Positions 33,172 through 33,697 of a stretch of 33,697 nucleotides of DNA are shown in pieces (within the stretch, counting starts at the first letter, position 1; the number at the start of each line of letters is the position of its first letter). The position numbers and the translations under genes were made by a program. The notes beneath the pieces were generated by a model. That model was not told the DNA's origin, ran no database searches, and saw nothing but the letters and a program-made list of their open reading frames with translations. This DNA is from Octopus bimaculoides (taxonomy: Eukaryota): positions 8,853,414 to 8,887,110 of the forward strand of contig NC_068995.1 of NCBI RefSeq assembly GCF_001194135.2, read 5' to 3'.

Positions 33172-33697
33172 CACACATATATGTGTGCGTACATATATTT
33201 ATATATACAAAACAAAACACAAGAACACATACCTGCATGAAAACACCACAAACAAGAGACATGACAACAAGCCCATAATCTCCATCATCAATTTTAACAC
33301 CATAACATAACATTACATTATCGCAGAATAAATTATCCTGTGAAAATTCCATTTTTAAAATCGCCCACCATGGAGTCGTTTCTTTTGAATTTTTTTTAAA
33401 TTTTCGTGTATGTGTGTGTGTTTTATTTTTCAGCCTCTCATCGTGTTTAATATTTGTTGTAATATTCTCTAATATTCACAAACACGTTTTAATTTTTCCA
33501 GAACCACTGATAGCTTTTAAATTTAAAAGAATACAAAAACGAAAAGAAAAACCACTTATTGAATGGTATTAGGTGTGTTGTTTTAGGTTGCATCTCTAGT
33601 GTTTTAATGTGGTCAGGGAGTGTTGTTGTATTTTTTATTAAAACTATCATTTGAATGCAAATACTAATACTACATAACAAATAATATAAAGACATAA

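Overview
AT-rich eukaryotic genomic DNA, dense in microsatellites and SINEs, from a gappy short-read scaffold (12 N-gaps, about 4.6 kb, nearly all flanked by (AT)n, (CA)n or (ATT)n). The tRNA-derived SINE families and repeat landscape match what I recall of Octopus (coleoid cephalopod) DNA; that assignment is from memory, not a search. No intact protein-coding gene can be supported: almost all listed ORFs are read-throughs of microsatellites or N-gaps. Recognisable content: (1) an internally deleted mariner transposase relic at about 30-697 (-); (2) a decayed, apparently intron-containing DDE transposase of the CMC/Transib/RAG1-related group (Chapaev-like) at about 18000-20210 (-), invisible in the ORF track and readable only across stops and frameshifts; (3) more than a dozen SINE copies from at least 4-5 modular families; (4) a probable CR1-type LINE 3' fragment; (5) several microsatellite-built palindromes, plus a nested inverted SINE arrangement that could form long dsRNA. 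A few splice-site-flanked candidate exons and one candidate core promoter are reported at low confidence. All alignments were done by eye.
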